In this document: piece by piece, positions 1 to 11,877 of the stretch
Layout: the number at the start of each line of letters is the position of its first letter
How positions within the stretch are numbered: the first letter of the stretch is position 1
Assembly: GCA_051453625.1 (NCBI GenBank)
Contig: JBOZIK010000001.1
Coordinates: forward strand, 39,511,186 to 39,552,105
Length of the DNA: 40,920 bases
Direction: 5' to 3'
Source: Welwitschia mirabilis
Lineage: Eukaryota
Notes under the pieces: generated by a model
Databases searched by the model: none
What the model was told of the DNA's origin: nothing
The model's input: only the letters and a program-made list of their open reading frames with translations
Position numbers and translations under genes: made by a program

Positions 1-996
1 CCATATAATAAGAAAAATGATAAAAAAATTAAAAATTATAAAATAAACTAGGTAAGTTCATCATGTTGAATTTGCTTCCTAATAAGGCCCCAAGAATAAA
101 ATTATGTATTCTAAAATTATAATTTTTTAAAATTAAAGAAACTAAATGAAAATGAAAATATAGCCTGGAACTTTAAAACTAAAGTAAATATAGTTTGTAA
201 TTTTCTATGAGAGACCTTAGTTTATGTTGAGAATTGAATGTGATAACTTTCAATCTTTTTATATGTAAGACATGCCATGTACTTTTAAAATTTTATCTCA
301 AATTTTTTAAAAAAGGGGGAACTACTTTAGAAAGTACAAATCAAGAACAAGAAAAGAGTAAAAACAGTGGTGCACGAAGATCTTTCTTAAAATAGTTGAA
401 GGAATTTTAAAAGAAGGAGTTTAATCTTCAATTATTTTAAAAGAATAACACGTAAATGGGGTTTTTAACTTTTAGTTTAGTTTGAAAATGAATAACACGT
501 TAAAGAAGTTTAGTTTTCAATTATTTACCTAGAGTACTGATGTTCAAAATCCGCTTCCAATCGCTGTTGAAATCTGGAAATCGCTATTGCAAAACACTGT
601 CAAATCGTTTTTGAAGAAAACTGATAGAAATCGCAATGAAAACCTCTTGAAATCGGGTTTGAAATCGCTTTTCAGACTACAAAATCGCTGTAGGGCGCTG
701 AGAGTTAGGGTTTTTGATAAAAACAATCGCTTTTCGAACCAGAAATGTAGTTGTCTGCGCTGTGGGAGGGTTTTTTTAAAGTAAAATGTTTTTTTAACTG
801 TGTTTATAAAGAGCGATCCGCGGCTGTCTGAAATTGCGTGGATCGCGATCTCAAGATCCACATTAGGATCGCAGATTTGCTGTTTGAAATCGCGCTTCAA
901 CGGAAGCGCGAGTTATCTCCGATCTGAAGCGCGCTGGGGCTGAGCGCGATCTAGAATTGCCCGGATCGCGATCTGGATCCGCTCTGCAAATCTATG
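1..996 (-). mobile_element. Terminal part of a probable hAT-type DNA transposon, running off the left edge
   Basis: 540-996 is CpG-rich with many AATCG(C) motifs and GATCGCGATC palindromes (841-850, 964-973), typical of subterminal repeats. The minus strand begins CATAGATTTGCAGAGCGG at 996, abutting the copia RT. The second TIR and transposase are not in the window, so the superfamily is inferred. Confidence 0.5.
705..713 (-). promoter_or_regulatory. Telo-box (AAACCCTAA) in the putative transposon 5' UTR
   Basis: TTAGGGTTT on the + strand. It lies between a TATA-like CTTTATAAAC (minus, ~802-811) and an AG|GTAAAT donor-like site (minus, 528). Confidence 0.35.
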
Positions 997-1937
997 GATG
1001 ATATAGTTTTTGGTTCAACAAAGTTAGACTTAGCTGAAGAATTTGCCAAGCTTATGCAGAATGAATTTGAAATGAGTATGGTAGGAGAACTTAATTTCTT
1101 TCTTGGTTTACAAATCAAGCAATTAAAAGATAACATTTTTATCAGTCAAACCAAGTATATTCAAGACATTCTTAAGAAATATGATATGAGCAACAGAAAA
1201 GATTTTTGCACTCCTCTATCCACTAGTGTTAAGATCAGCAAAGATGAGAACAATAAACAGTTCAATCAAAGTTGTTTAGAGGAATAATTGGAAGTCTCTT
1301 ATATGTTACAATAAGTAGACTTGATATAGCCCACAGTGTAGGTGTCTGTGTCAGATATCAATCAGATCCAAAAGAATCTCACTATGTGTGTGTGAAACGA
1401 ATCCTAAATATTTAAAGTATATTCAAAATTTTGGTTTATGGTACTCATGTGGTACTACATTTGATCTTGTTGGTTATAGTGATGCAGATTGGGCAGGTTG
1501 CAATGATAACCAAAAAAAGCACCAGTGAAGCTTGTTTCTATATGGGAAGTTGTCTTGTATCATGGTTGAGCAAGAAGCAAAACACAACTTCCTTATCCAC
1601 AACAGAAGCTGAATACATTGCTGCTGGAGCATGTTGTGCCTAACTTACTTGGATGAAACAAATGTTAGTTGATTTTGAAGTGAAGATTCCAACGACAAGG
1701 ATGTATTGCTATAAGACAAGTGCAACAAGTATCACTAAGAATCCAGTTCAACACTCTTGCACAAAACATATGGATATCAGACACCATTTTATCAGAGATC
1801 AACTACAAAATGGCATTGTTGAATTAGAATATATTGACACTAATCACCAAATTGCAGATATTATGATAAAGGCTCTTAATGAAGAGCAATGTATCTTCCT
1901 AAGGAAAAATTTAGGGAAAGGCCCATATCCGTCTTAG
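997..1937 (+). pseudogene. pol: Copia reverse transcriptase C-terminus and RNase H, frameshifted
   Basis: DDIVFGST, FEMSMVGELNFFLGLQIKQ, SWLSKKQNTTSLSTTEAEYIAAG, KNPVQHSCTKHMDIRHHFIRD and QIADIMIKAL, spread over three frames. Confidence 0.95.
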
Positions 1938-2470
1938 GTATGAGTTTCTTATTGATATACTCTGCTTCTAAATTTGATATTATTTGGGAAGAAGCCCTCC
2001 ATGTGTCTCTTACAATTGTATCTCTTCAGATTTTCTTTTGCCAAAGTTGCCTCTCTTTATCTTTTTCTTGTCTAGACGTCCCATACTTTTTTCTCGGACA
2101 TCCATCTGGATTTCAACCCAGACGTCCCGTATTTCTTCCCNNNNNNNNNNNNNNNNNNNNNNNNNNNNNNNNNNNNNNNNNNNNNNNNNNNNNNNNNNNN
2201 NNNNNNNNNNNNNNNNNNNNNNNNNNNNNNNNNNNNNNNNCCCTGGACGTCCTTTTTTTAAAAGGATTTAAATTTTTTTATAGAAGCCCGGACGTCCCAC
2301 ATTTTTTCCCAGATGTCCGAGTTTAAAGCAATGCGGACATCCATGCTCCTCCCAGGTTTTATTTATATGCATATTACTATATTTTTCTCATTTTTTGCTT
2401 CCTTCATCATCCTTCCTCTCTCTCGTTTCTCTTGCCTTCTCTGCTATCTAGAATCTACTCTGCATTAGCC

Positions 2471-3548
2471 ATGGTCAGAATAAAGATAGGTGTTTCAAGG
2501 AAAGGCAAGAACTAACTTCTGAAGAAGATTGGTTCAGTTCTGCAGCAACCAGAAAGGCATGGTTTGAAGGATTGGACAAGAGGCCTATTGCTCTTGAACG
2601 AAAAATTGACTATGATTCTTTTAGAAGAGAAATGAAAATTGCCCACAAATTTGAAGAACAAGGGTGGATGCATGCATTAGACCCTAACACACAAGCTTTA
2701 ACAAGAACAGTACGCCTATTTTATTAAAATGCTCGTTTTGATTCTACCTCTTGGGTTATTTTCTCTAGAGTTTATGGGAGAGCAGTTATAGTAGACGTAG
2801 AAGCCATCTCTCTCATCACAAGTTACCCCAATGAGGGATTCTTTCGTGAAATTACCTTTGTAGGCTCCTTACAAGAAGCTATTTTTAAAGATGTGTTAAC
2901 AACTGAGCTTTGTGGAGAGAACATTCCTTGGAGAGCAAACCTTCCAACAAATAGGCAAAAACCATTTTACAGAGTTTTGTTTCAAATTTCCACGCATAAT
3001 CTGGTTCCCAAGCTAGGGCACAAAGATGAGGTTTCTCCATTTTATGCGTATATTCTATTTTGTCTGCGCATAGGTGTTAGAATTAACCTATGCAAATTCA
3101 TTATGTTCTAGTTCTACATTAGCCAGTTTTTTGTTGCAAGTTACTCCAGCCTTCCGTTTGGTGGTCTATCATAGCCATTTTNNNNNNNNNNNNNNNNNNN
3201 NNNNNNNNNNNNNNNNNNNNNNNNNNNNNNNNNNNNNNNNNNNNNNNNNNNNNNNNNNNNNNNNNNNNNNNNNNNNNNNNNNNNNNNNNNNNNNNNNNNN
3301 CTCCGAAAAAGAAATAGAGGACTAAAGAAGGGCCAAGCACAAGTACGGTATCCAATGTTGATTTGCTTCAGGCCATTCATGAGGTTTGTGATTTTACCAG
3401 GGCCACCGCAGAAAAATTGAACAAGAAGATAGACTGTGTATTATTTGGATTATCAACTTATGGTCTTGACATTCCTGTGAGTTTAGAGGAAGAGGAGGCA
3501 CTAGGGAAACAACCAACTTTAGCATCTTCCCCTTCTCATTTTGCCTAG
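2471..3548 (+). pseudogene. Sirevirus env-like extra ORF, degenerate
   Basis: ATG at 2471 (MVRIK), KRPIALERKID, FEEQGW and RTVRLFY, located between pol and the 3' LTR, with stops, frameshifts and an N-gap. Homologous to 15988-17075. Confidence 0.8.
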
Positions 3549-3710
3549 TCTTCTCCTCTCTTATGCTTCCTCTCTTGCTCATCTTATCTATCTTCTCTTT
3601 TTGTACTCTAAACTATCTTTTCTACTATACCTATCTTACCATAATATAAAACATTTTCGTTTAAATTTCATGTGTCTCTTTTATTTGTTAATGTTACTTT
3701 TCATTGATGA

Positions 3711-3961
3711 CAAAGGGGGAGAAAATATGTGATTATTTTTTGTTTTTGCTGACAAATGAACACTAAGATTATCTATATAGCACAGATGCATATCTATCCA
3801 ATTATGGGGAAGAGCTCAAATTTTAGTGAATCGACAGATACATCTAATTATGTGGGAGAATTTTTTGTTCCAAAACAACCTCATGGCAATTTAACATCAT
3901 CTCCTAAAAATCTTGAATTCAATAGCGCATACAAGTTTGTCATCATTGAAAAGGAGGAGAT
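3711..3961 (+). promoter_or_regulatory. Multiple polypurine tracts upstream of the 3' LTR
   Basis: CAAAGGGGGAGAA (3711), AATTATGGGGAAGA (~3801), AATTATGTGGGAGA (~3846) and AAGGAGGAGAT immediately before TGTTGG. Multiple PPTs are a known Sirevirus signature. Confidence 0.8.
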
Positions 3962-5018
3962 TGTTGGAACATGCGTTCAATGATGAAAATCAAACTTGTA
4001 AGTCAGAAAATAAGTCTTCATCAGATCGGGATGTCTGCCTTACATAATTGGGACGTTCGAACATGTGCTTGATTTTCTATAGTGGGACATCTACCCTATG
4101 AATCTGGGATGTCAGACCCTGTATTCGGTTTTTCTATACCGGGATGTCTGCCTTGTGAAACCGAGACATTTGGCCCTGTATTTGGTTTGACTATACCAGG
4201 ACGCCCGCCCTATGAAACTGGGACGTCCAGACCTGTACACAGTATTTTGTACTGGGACGTCCAGCCTATAGAATCGGGATGTCCGACCCTATATTCAGTT
4301 TTTTGGGAAAAGTAGATTAAAACTGGGACGTCCGAGTTCCCTCGATGGGACGTCTGGCCTTTTATTGATTGGCACGGAAATATAGCCGTTTATAGACGTT
4401 AGTTGTGGGTTTCAACTTTTCAACGACTCCCTTTTGGACGTCTAGCACATGCTTTAAGGATCAAAACCCTAGCCATTCTTCCTCTACTTAAATATCTTTC
4501 TATTGTATTGTAAAGCATGCACCAATATTTAAAAAGATTTTTGTGCACGGCAAAAGTTCGATTGTACCAAACTTGCTTTACCGTCTAAAAGCTATTGGAC
4601 TATTCTGAATAATCTATCTTGAGTAGAAGGTTATTATTTGAGCTTCAAAACGCTAATGATCTGTGCTAGATCTAGGCACGCTTGTCTTAGAAATCTCTCT
4701 CTCACATTCTTAGTTGTAAGTGGCTCAAAGATTTGAGCATTGGCCTGGAAGTCGTACGAACTCCGTGTGAGTTGTTGTAAAGATTCCTTTGATAAAGGAA
4801 CCAGGAGGCTGACAGCTGTTTGCTGTCCCTTGAGAGTGGAGTAGGCTTGGCCGAACCACTATAAAAATCTGGTGCACTTGATTTGTGTTTTCTTTATCAG
4901 TCTCTACTATTCTTGTTCACTTATTTTCAGATCTAAAATTATTGTTATTGCAAAATATTTTTAATACCTATTCATCTCCTTTCCCCACCTTCTTTTAGGG
5001 TGCCTTCAGATCCTAACA
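3962..5018 (+). repeat. 3' LTR of element C (1057 bp)
   Basis: Begins TGTTGG after the PPT and ends GATCCTAACA. Similar to the reverse complement of A's LTR ends; contains a GGGACGTCC motif array. Confidence 0.9.
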
Positions 5019-6629
5019 CATTAGCCTTATACAAGAGGAGGATCTAGTTTTTTATAGCTTAAGAGTAACAAGATAGCTGTTGGAGCCTCAGATTTGAAGC
5101 TCCAGCCGTTTATTACACAAACCTAGCTGTTTGAATTTCAAAAGACGTTTCTTTGGCAGCTACAATGGTCAAATTTTTGCTTCCAACGTTCATCGAGCCA
5201 GACGTCCCATTCTTTTAGACCGGATGTCCCAGTTGTAATGCTGGACTTCTGTCAAAATCGAGAGGGATCCTAGACGTCCCGTTCCAAGGTCCAGACGTCC
5301 TTATAGAGTCAACTGAATACAAGGTCAGACGTCTTGATAACAAGTTTGGATGTCCCCATACAAGTTTCCCGCGTACAAGTCCGGACGTCCCGGTAACAAG
5401 GCTCAGACGTCCCTATACAATTTACCACATACAAGGTTGGACGTCCCATCTAATTGGGTGGACGTCCCGATTGGCACAACTTCAAAATTTCATGATTTTG
5501 GTGAAGCCAATGCATAGATTTAGACATCATTGAAACCTTGGATTCTNNNNNNNNNNNNNNNNNNNNNNNNNNNNNNNNNNNNNNNNNNNNNNNNNNNNNN
5601 NNNNNNNNNNNNNNNNNNNNNNNNNNNNNNNNNNNNNNNNNNNNNNNNNNNNNNNNNNNNNNNNNNNNNNNNNNNNNNNNNNNNNNNNNNNNNNNNNNNN
5701 NNNNNNNNNNNNNNNNNNNNNNNNNNNNNNNNNNNNNNNNNNNNNNNNNNNNNNNNNNNNNNNNNNNNNNNNNNNNNNNNNNNNNNNNNNNNNNNNNNNN
5801 NNNNNNNNNNNNNNNNNNNNNNNNNNNNNNNNNNNNNNNNNNNNNNNNNNNNNNNNNNNNNNNNNNNNNNNNNNNNNNNNNNNNNNNNNNNNNNNNNNNN
5901 NNNNNNNNNNNNNNNNNNNNNNNNNNNNNNNNNNNNNNNNNNNNNNNNNNNNNNNNNNNNNNNNNNNNNNNNNNNNNNNNNNNNNNNNNNNNNNNNNNNN
6001 NNNNNNNNNNNNNNNNNNNNNNNNNNNNNNNNNNNNNNNNNNNNNNNNNNNNNNNNNNNNNNNNNNNNNNNNNNNNNNNNNNNNNNNNNNNNNNNNNNNN
6101 NNNNNNNNNNNNNNNNNNNNNNNNNNNNNNNNNNNNNNNNNNNNNNNNNNNNNNNNNNNNNNNNNNNNNNNNNNNNNNNNNNNNNNNNNNNNNNNNNNNN
6201 NNNNNNNNNNNNNNNNNNNNNNNNNNNNNNNNNNNNNNNNNNNNNNNNNNNNNNNNNNNNNNNNNNNNNNNNNNNNNNNNNNNNNNNNNNNNNNNNNNNN
6301 NNNNNNNNNNNNNNNNNNNNNNNNNNNNNNNNNNNNNNNNNNNNNNNNNNNNNNNNNNNNNNNNNNNNNNNNNNNNNNNNNNNNNNNNNNNNNNNNNNNN
6401 NNNNNNNNNNNNNNNNNNNNNNNNNNNNNNNNNNNNNNNNNNNNNNNNNNNNNNNNNNNNNNNNNNNNNNNNNNNNNNNNNNNNNNNNNNNNNNNNNNNN
6501 NNNNNNNNNNNNNNNNNNNNNNNNNNNNNNNNNNATTGGCACAACTTCAAAATTTCATGATTTTGGTGAAGCCAATGCATAGATTTAGACATCATTGAAA
6601 CCTTGGATTCTTCCACAGATTCTTCCACA
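5019..6629 (-). repeat. Partial Sirevirus LTR in the opposite orientation, interrupted by element C
   Basis: The minus strand starts TGTGGAAGAATC...TTCAATGATG, resembling C's TGTTGGAAC...TTCAATGATG. GGACGTCC motif array at 5200-5470. No adjacent PPT, so it is a 5' or solo LTR. Spans an N-gap. Confidence 0.7.
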
Positions 6630-6849
6630 AGTTCATCTTTCCTTTTAAAAAGAAATCCAGTCAAAGAGTGACTTGTAACTAGAAAGAGGAATTTGCTTTC
6701 TGTGTGTACCCTAGAAATTTTTAAAACCCTTTTTTGGCCTATGGATAAATGCATAATTCAAGCTCCAATGGGTGTAAATATCCTTGGTGTCATAGGACTG
6801 CAGAGCTTGTAACCTAGTTGTAACTGGTTGTAACTCGCAGCGGAGCTTG

Positions 6850-7520
6850 CTCTTGGCCCTTGTACGGGGGGTACTTGGAAATGAGCAAACTTATGTTGTG
6901 GTAGTGGCACAAAAGGAGAAGTGGGCGTTCAAGGGCAATGGAGATGAGGAAGACAGGAAATCCCTGGCTAAGAGACTTAAGACTGCTGTGGGATTAGCCA
7001 AGCTCTTAAGAATGGCTTCCCACCAACATATTTCCCATTTTCCCTTTACCGGGGCAATGTGATATTGCACAAAGATAAGACAAATCTAGAGGGGATGGAA
7101 TTGGTAGAAAATCTCAGATGATGAAAAACCTCATCTTCTAACATGCACAACTTAACAAGCATCGTATGTAATTCACCTGGTGTCATTTAATGATGAATCG
7201 GTTCTTGTACATACAAAAGGTGCTTGGCATTGAATGCACCTGTTGGGAGTTGTCTCTATGAATTTTTCCAAGCAGCAACCAACAACCAATTTTGTATTAG
7301 ATCAAGATGAGATCATTACTTGGTGGTGCCCTTTGTTTCCAACTAGTGTCATCCAGCACAAACAAGCAAAAAACTTTGTTCTTTACCTTTCTTCAAGTCA
7401 TTTTTCCTAGGCCTGGTTGCAATCGTAATGACTAGGGCGAATGCAGCTGATAATTCCTCTAGGGCATTGTGGGCCAAAGGTATCATGACTTATAATAAGC
7501 TAGGGGCACTGAAACTCTCT
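6850..7520 (+). pseudogene. Possible decayed plant mobile domain (PMD)-like TE ORF
   Basis: Fragments EWLPTNIF/HFPFTGAM, WWCPLFPTS and WAKGIMTY loosely resemble PMD motifs in the right order. The match is weak. Confidence 0.25.
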
Positions 7521-9129
7521 TGCTCTTAGACAGTACCTAGGCACCTGCTACTAATGCCTTAGAGCTTGCATACTAAGAAAAAATATTTTTATCATTCTTT
7601 GTAGTTGTAAGCTATCATACCACTGATACAGTAAACCATAATAAAACAGAGTTTATGGCATGGAACCATTGTGTTCTTTTGTCTCTTTCATATCTTTTCA
7701 AAAATGTTTCCCTTTTTCTTCTTCTTATCAATCCTTTGGTTAGGTAATCAGAGGAGCACTTTGTGAGGGATGATTTCAATTGGAGGAAGAGAATGAAGTA
7801 AACAAACGATATATCTTCAAAACCATCAGTTAAAAAGCAAAGGGAAAATAAAATTTAACACAGGTTTGTTATGAAGCAAGGTCTGAAGCACTTTTGTAAA
7901 TTTATGACCTTCACCATGCAAAGAGCAAGTCTTCCCTTCCTTTGCTTTCTTGCATTCCCCTAGATTTTGCAGAATTGGCTGGCTCAAAACCAGTTAATGT
8001 GTCAATAAGGATTGTCAAAAGACTTAACTACAGGTTACAATGAATATGAAGCCCAGGACATTGCAAACAGGTTTTTGGTATTACAACATATTTCAGTTTG
8101 TGTTATCAATTAAAAAAAATGAAGCAATTATGTGATGAAAGAAAGGATCAATGGGGAGTTTTGGATCACTATTTTAATATTGTGCCAGATAATCTGAATT
8201 GCTATGTTGAAGCAAATAAAATTGTAAGGACACGGATGGATGGAGATCCTACTCCCTTCTCGATTATTATTCATGATTCAATTGGCAGCAGGAAAACAGA
8301 TAGAAGTCTATCCTTTTGCTCATTTCTGCATAAAACTTAGAATCAAGAATGATTGAGTTCAAAGAAATTTCTATGAAGCTTTAAGCCCATGTTACAGAAC
8401 TAGAAGGTTGACCATCTGAAGTGCAGGAGCTTTTAGCACAGAAATAGGTCAAGGATGAAAACTTTTAAAGAAATATAGAAACCATTAAGTAGAAATTTCA
8501 TGGAGATTCAAAACAGTACAGGTGAGAAACAAAAAATCCAGGAGAATATAGAACCTTTAAGATGGGAACATCAATCTAAAGAAAACAACATAAAGAAATA
8601 GGAGATCAGTGATTACTAAACAAGGTTCACTTATGGTGGACAAGGATCAGAAGCTCAAACAGGATTTGAACTAAATCATGTGTCTAGATGAGGACATGTG
8701 TCTAGATGATAAGATTGCACAACCCTACAAAATCTTTAAGAGCCAGGAGGATCAATCAACTGGATCTTGTCCTCCTCCACCAAAGTCACCAGGACTGAAC
8801 ACCACTCCTGTCATCCCTAATGCTGCTATTAACGCTGCCTCCACTGTTGCCTCTACTTTTGTTTCTGACATTCCTCCAAATGATGTTCCTCCCAAGGAGC
8901 CTAATTGTGAATGTCTTGGTGCAGATACTTTGCTAAATTTTAATATCTAAAAGGACATCATTGTTTCAGATAGTATTTCTGAGTCTTTTAATGTTATTAT
9001 TTCAAAAATTTTCTATCTTAAAATTTCAAGGATTATAACTGTGCATGCCCTCAAGATGGTCCCTTACCAAAATAATAATAAAATTGTGTGAATGAAGAGA
9101 CACATAACTGTGAAACTTTTCAGCAGGGA

Positions 9130-9620
9130 GTATCTTAACAAAAGCACGGTATAGCTTCTACTTCATATGGGCTGAAGATTATACAAGATACATTTGGATG
9201 TCTCCTTCATCACAAAATGAATCTTTCACCAAATTTAAAGAGTTCTGTAAAACAGTACGGAACAGAACAAGGAACAAGATAATCTAGATGAGGACTGACA
9301 TCAGGAGTGATTACATGTGAAGTGAATTTCTGGAATTTCTTAAATTAAAAGGCATTAAGCATCTTCCCTTTGCTCCCAACTCACCTGTCCAAAATGGATT
9401 CACAAAACAGCAGAACTATGTTCTTAAAGAAATGACACAGTTGCTACTTTTCCAAGCTAAAAGGTAGGTCATGTGGTTGAGAGAAGCTATTAACAGAATA
9501 GCATTCCTGATTAATCATCTCCCCTCACAAAGTCCACAAGGAAGAACTCTATACAAGTGGTCAGAGGGACATAAATTTAGTTTTCAATGGCATCAAAACC
9601 TTGGTGTACATTGGTTTTTT
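9130..9620 (+). pseudogene. Highly degenerate copia integrase core
   Basis: EDYTRYIWM...FTKFKEFCKTV...MRTDIRSDY...EFLKLKGIKH...PNSPVQNG...KEMT, matching the rve motifs DDYSRYTW, RTDNGGEY and PQQNG. Confidence 0.8.
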
Positions 9621-10559
9621 TATGAGACCTCCAGCATCTACTACTGAAGATGTTGCCCAGGCTTGTTAGATGGCCTCAAAGGAATAAACAAGTGCACACA
9701 AGTACAATTCTCATTCANNNNNNNNNNNNNNNNNNNNNNNNNNNNNNNNNNNNNNNNNNNNNNNNNNNNNNNNNNNNNNNNNNNNNNNNNNNNNNNNNNN
9801 NNNNNNNNNNNNNNNNNCTACTGAAGATGTTGCCCAGGCTTGTTAGATGGCCTCAAAGGAATAAACAAGTGCACACAAGTACAATTCTCATTCAACAAAT
9901 GACTGTTTATGAGCTGGGTTCTGCACTCAGCCTGTGAAGAGTCCTTGTAACTGTTGAAGGTGAACCTAATAAAACCTGTTGATTAGAATGGATGTATGGT
10001 AGGTTTGCTTCTAAGCAACTATCAATTGGGTGTTGCTTGTTTTCTTGTTTGTATCCTTTTTAAGTCTTAGAATCTCTTTAATAAGCAACATATACGCTTT
10101 CAATTATTTAAGAACTAATCTTTATGTGTGTACCGCTGTCCATTCTTAGTTCTAAATTTAAAATTTTACTATCTAATGGAATGCCAAACCATAAGATGTT
10201 TTTATTATCTCATGGGAAACCATACCACATTTATGAGGGTCATGGTCTGCTTAGCTAGATGAAAACCTATAGCTGGCCCTCACCAACCTAGGAATTGGCT
10301 TCCACATGTCCAAGTTGTGCCTATGATTTATACCCAAGGCATTCAAGCTCACATTGGGTGTGCCTTGAATACATTGTAGAACCACGAACCAACCCATACA
10401 CCATAGGACTCAAGCCCAAGATATTGAGGATCACTACTTATAGTGAGGGGTTAAACCAACTATGCTATGTATCAAACTTGAGTAAAAGTTTTATACAAAA
10501 GGGAATTATACAAATTCCCTTTTCTTTATTAATATTTCCAAGTTAGGAGCATTATAAGA

Positions 10560-11030
10560 AGTTCATTGGACCAGGGGCATGACTAAGAAGAACATTCCCT
10601 AAGAGAAGCTTTCATGTGATGTCACTCAGTCTTGACAGGTTCATGTTGAGTCAAACTTCTAGAAGTCTTGGTGATGACTAAGAGAGAATGAATGACCTAA
10701 GATGATGCAATAACATGTGAACAAAGTATTGGACTGCTCAGGGAGGACTGCTGGGGTATGACTTATGGCAACCTGACTGACATTATTGGGATGGAATTGA
10801 ATATTCTTTTCTTACAATAGCCTCTTGTAGAAAAATATTGTGCCAAGCACATGTTTTGGAATCGTTACAATGTGTTGAGTTGGATGCTGGTCTATTGCCA
10901 ATAATAGTTATGAGGATAGGTATGATGAGTAGATTGTTCTTTTTGCTAATACCACTTGTTCTAGATTCTGACAACAGCAAGGAGTAAAGGGCTAATGTTT
11001 TGGTATGATATGCAGTAGCAATCAAACTAA
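10560..11030 (+). pseudogene. Possible LINE (L1) ORF2 C-terminal RNase H remnant
   Basis: Ordered fragments VHWT, KLSCDV, DCSGR, CVELDAGLL and E*RANVLV resemble W..P, KLNTDG, RDS.G, VESDS.L and RE.N.VAD. Confidence 0.35.
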
Positions 11031-11405
11031 AACATTTTAAAACCAATTTGCACTAGGAATTCTCTTTTTTAAGAGATTTCATTTCCTCGTGGTGTCATGG
11101 AAGATCCTTTGGTAGGAAGGGACAAGCATGCTTATATTCTAATGTTATGGTTTATGAATTTTTTATTTTTCCTGCAAAAGGGAGAAAGAAAGAAAGAAAG
11201 AAAGAAAGATATGCTCAGCATTGATAACCATAAAAATACCTCTTCAATTATCACTGTCATCTTCTGTTGATTTATTTTAAAGAATGAAACTAACCCATTG
11301 ATGTCATTATTAGAAACATAACCATTAACAAGAGAACATCAAACAATAGATTTATTAGAAAATCAATTCTTCTCACTTTTTTTTCCTTTTTCGGAATTAT
11401 TTCAG

Positions 11406-11474
11406 GTTTTTAGAGAAGCAAAGATTGTGGAGTACAGTGTTCAAGAAAGTGAAACATCTCCAGGGAACGGAGAG
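11406..11474 (+). CDS. NTF2/SnoaL-like plant protein, internal exon (VFREAKIVEYSVQESETSPGNGE)
   Basis: TTCAG acceptor and GAG|GTAAAT donor; 69 nt, phase 0. Matches, from memory, the AT5G04830-type NTF2 family. Confidence 0.9.
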
Positions 11475-11619
11475 GTAAATTTTGGAATAATGTTAACATT
11501 TGTATCCTCAATACTAGGTGTGCATTTAATTGCATTACTTAAGTTGAAACCCAAGTAATATTATGTTTCAGAAGTTCCAGGAAAAGGATCTTATATACAA
11601 CAAAATATTTTGGTGACAG

Positions 11620-11694
11620 ATATTGATTGACAGCAAGCAACACTACAACTTTCTAGGAAAGGATATTGATGTTATATCCCTCATAAAGCTACAG
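11620..11694 (+). CDS. NTF2/SnoaL-like protein, internal exon (ILIDSKQHYNFLGKDIDVISLIKLQ)
   Basis: GACAG acceptor and CAG|GTATAT donor; 75 nt, in frame with the previous exon. Confidence 0.9.
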
Positions 11695-11764
11695 GTATAT
11701 TCAAATTTACAATTGTTTTCATTGGTGTTTGCAATTGACTTGTTGGTTATTGGTATTTTTACAG

Positions 11765-11799
11765 ATTGAACAGGCGAAGGTCATCCGGCATGAAGACTG
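11765..11799 (+). CDS. NTF2/SnoaL-like protein, 35-nt exon (IEQAKVIRHED-W)
   Basis: TTTTACAG acceptor and TG|GTAGTT donor; phase 2 end. Confidence 0.9.
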
Positions 11800-11877
11800 G
11801 TAGTTTCCTCTATCCCGATTTGTAAACAGGTTATTTATTTAACGACAACCTGGTTCATGTTAATATTTCAATTTCAG

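Larger units (their letters stand above)
997..5018 (+). mobile_element. Ty1/copia Sirevirus element C, 3' half (RT-RH, env-like ORF, multiple PPTs, 3' LTR); same family as element A
   Basis: Domain order RT, RNase H, extra ORF, PPT cluster, TG...CA LTR. The env-like peptide ELCGENIPWRANLPTNRQKPFYRVLFQISTHN closely matches ELCGAHVNWRANIPTNKLKPFYRVLFQISTHN in A. Confidence 0.92.

Noticed and set aside
544..900. 118-aa ORF and overlapping 65-aa ORF
   Set aside because: Products of the subterminal repeat sequence, with no recognisable domain.
4028..4356. CRISPR-like regularly spaced palindromic repeats, also at 15110-15420 and 18915-19380
   Set aside because: The spacers are related to each other, the arrays lie inside LTRs, the context is eukaryotic and there are no cas genes.
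5470..6611. Identical 77-bp direct repeat flanking the N-gap, and the long X-filled ORFs
   Set aside because: This is a contig-end overlap across a gap, most likely an assembly artefact. The ORFs are runs of N.
9641..9894. Identical ~77-bp repeat around a 100-N gap (ORF 9650-9937)
   Set aside because: Same overlap artefact, with the same length as the previous one.
9900..10190. Possible LTR end and degenerate PBS
   Set aside because: Only patchy similarity (AGGTGAACCTA), with no definable termini or partner LTR.
11572..11619. Alternative TTTCAG acceptor for the second exon
   Set aside because: It introduces an in-frame TGA. The GACAG acceptor at 11619 restores homology.
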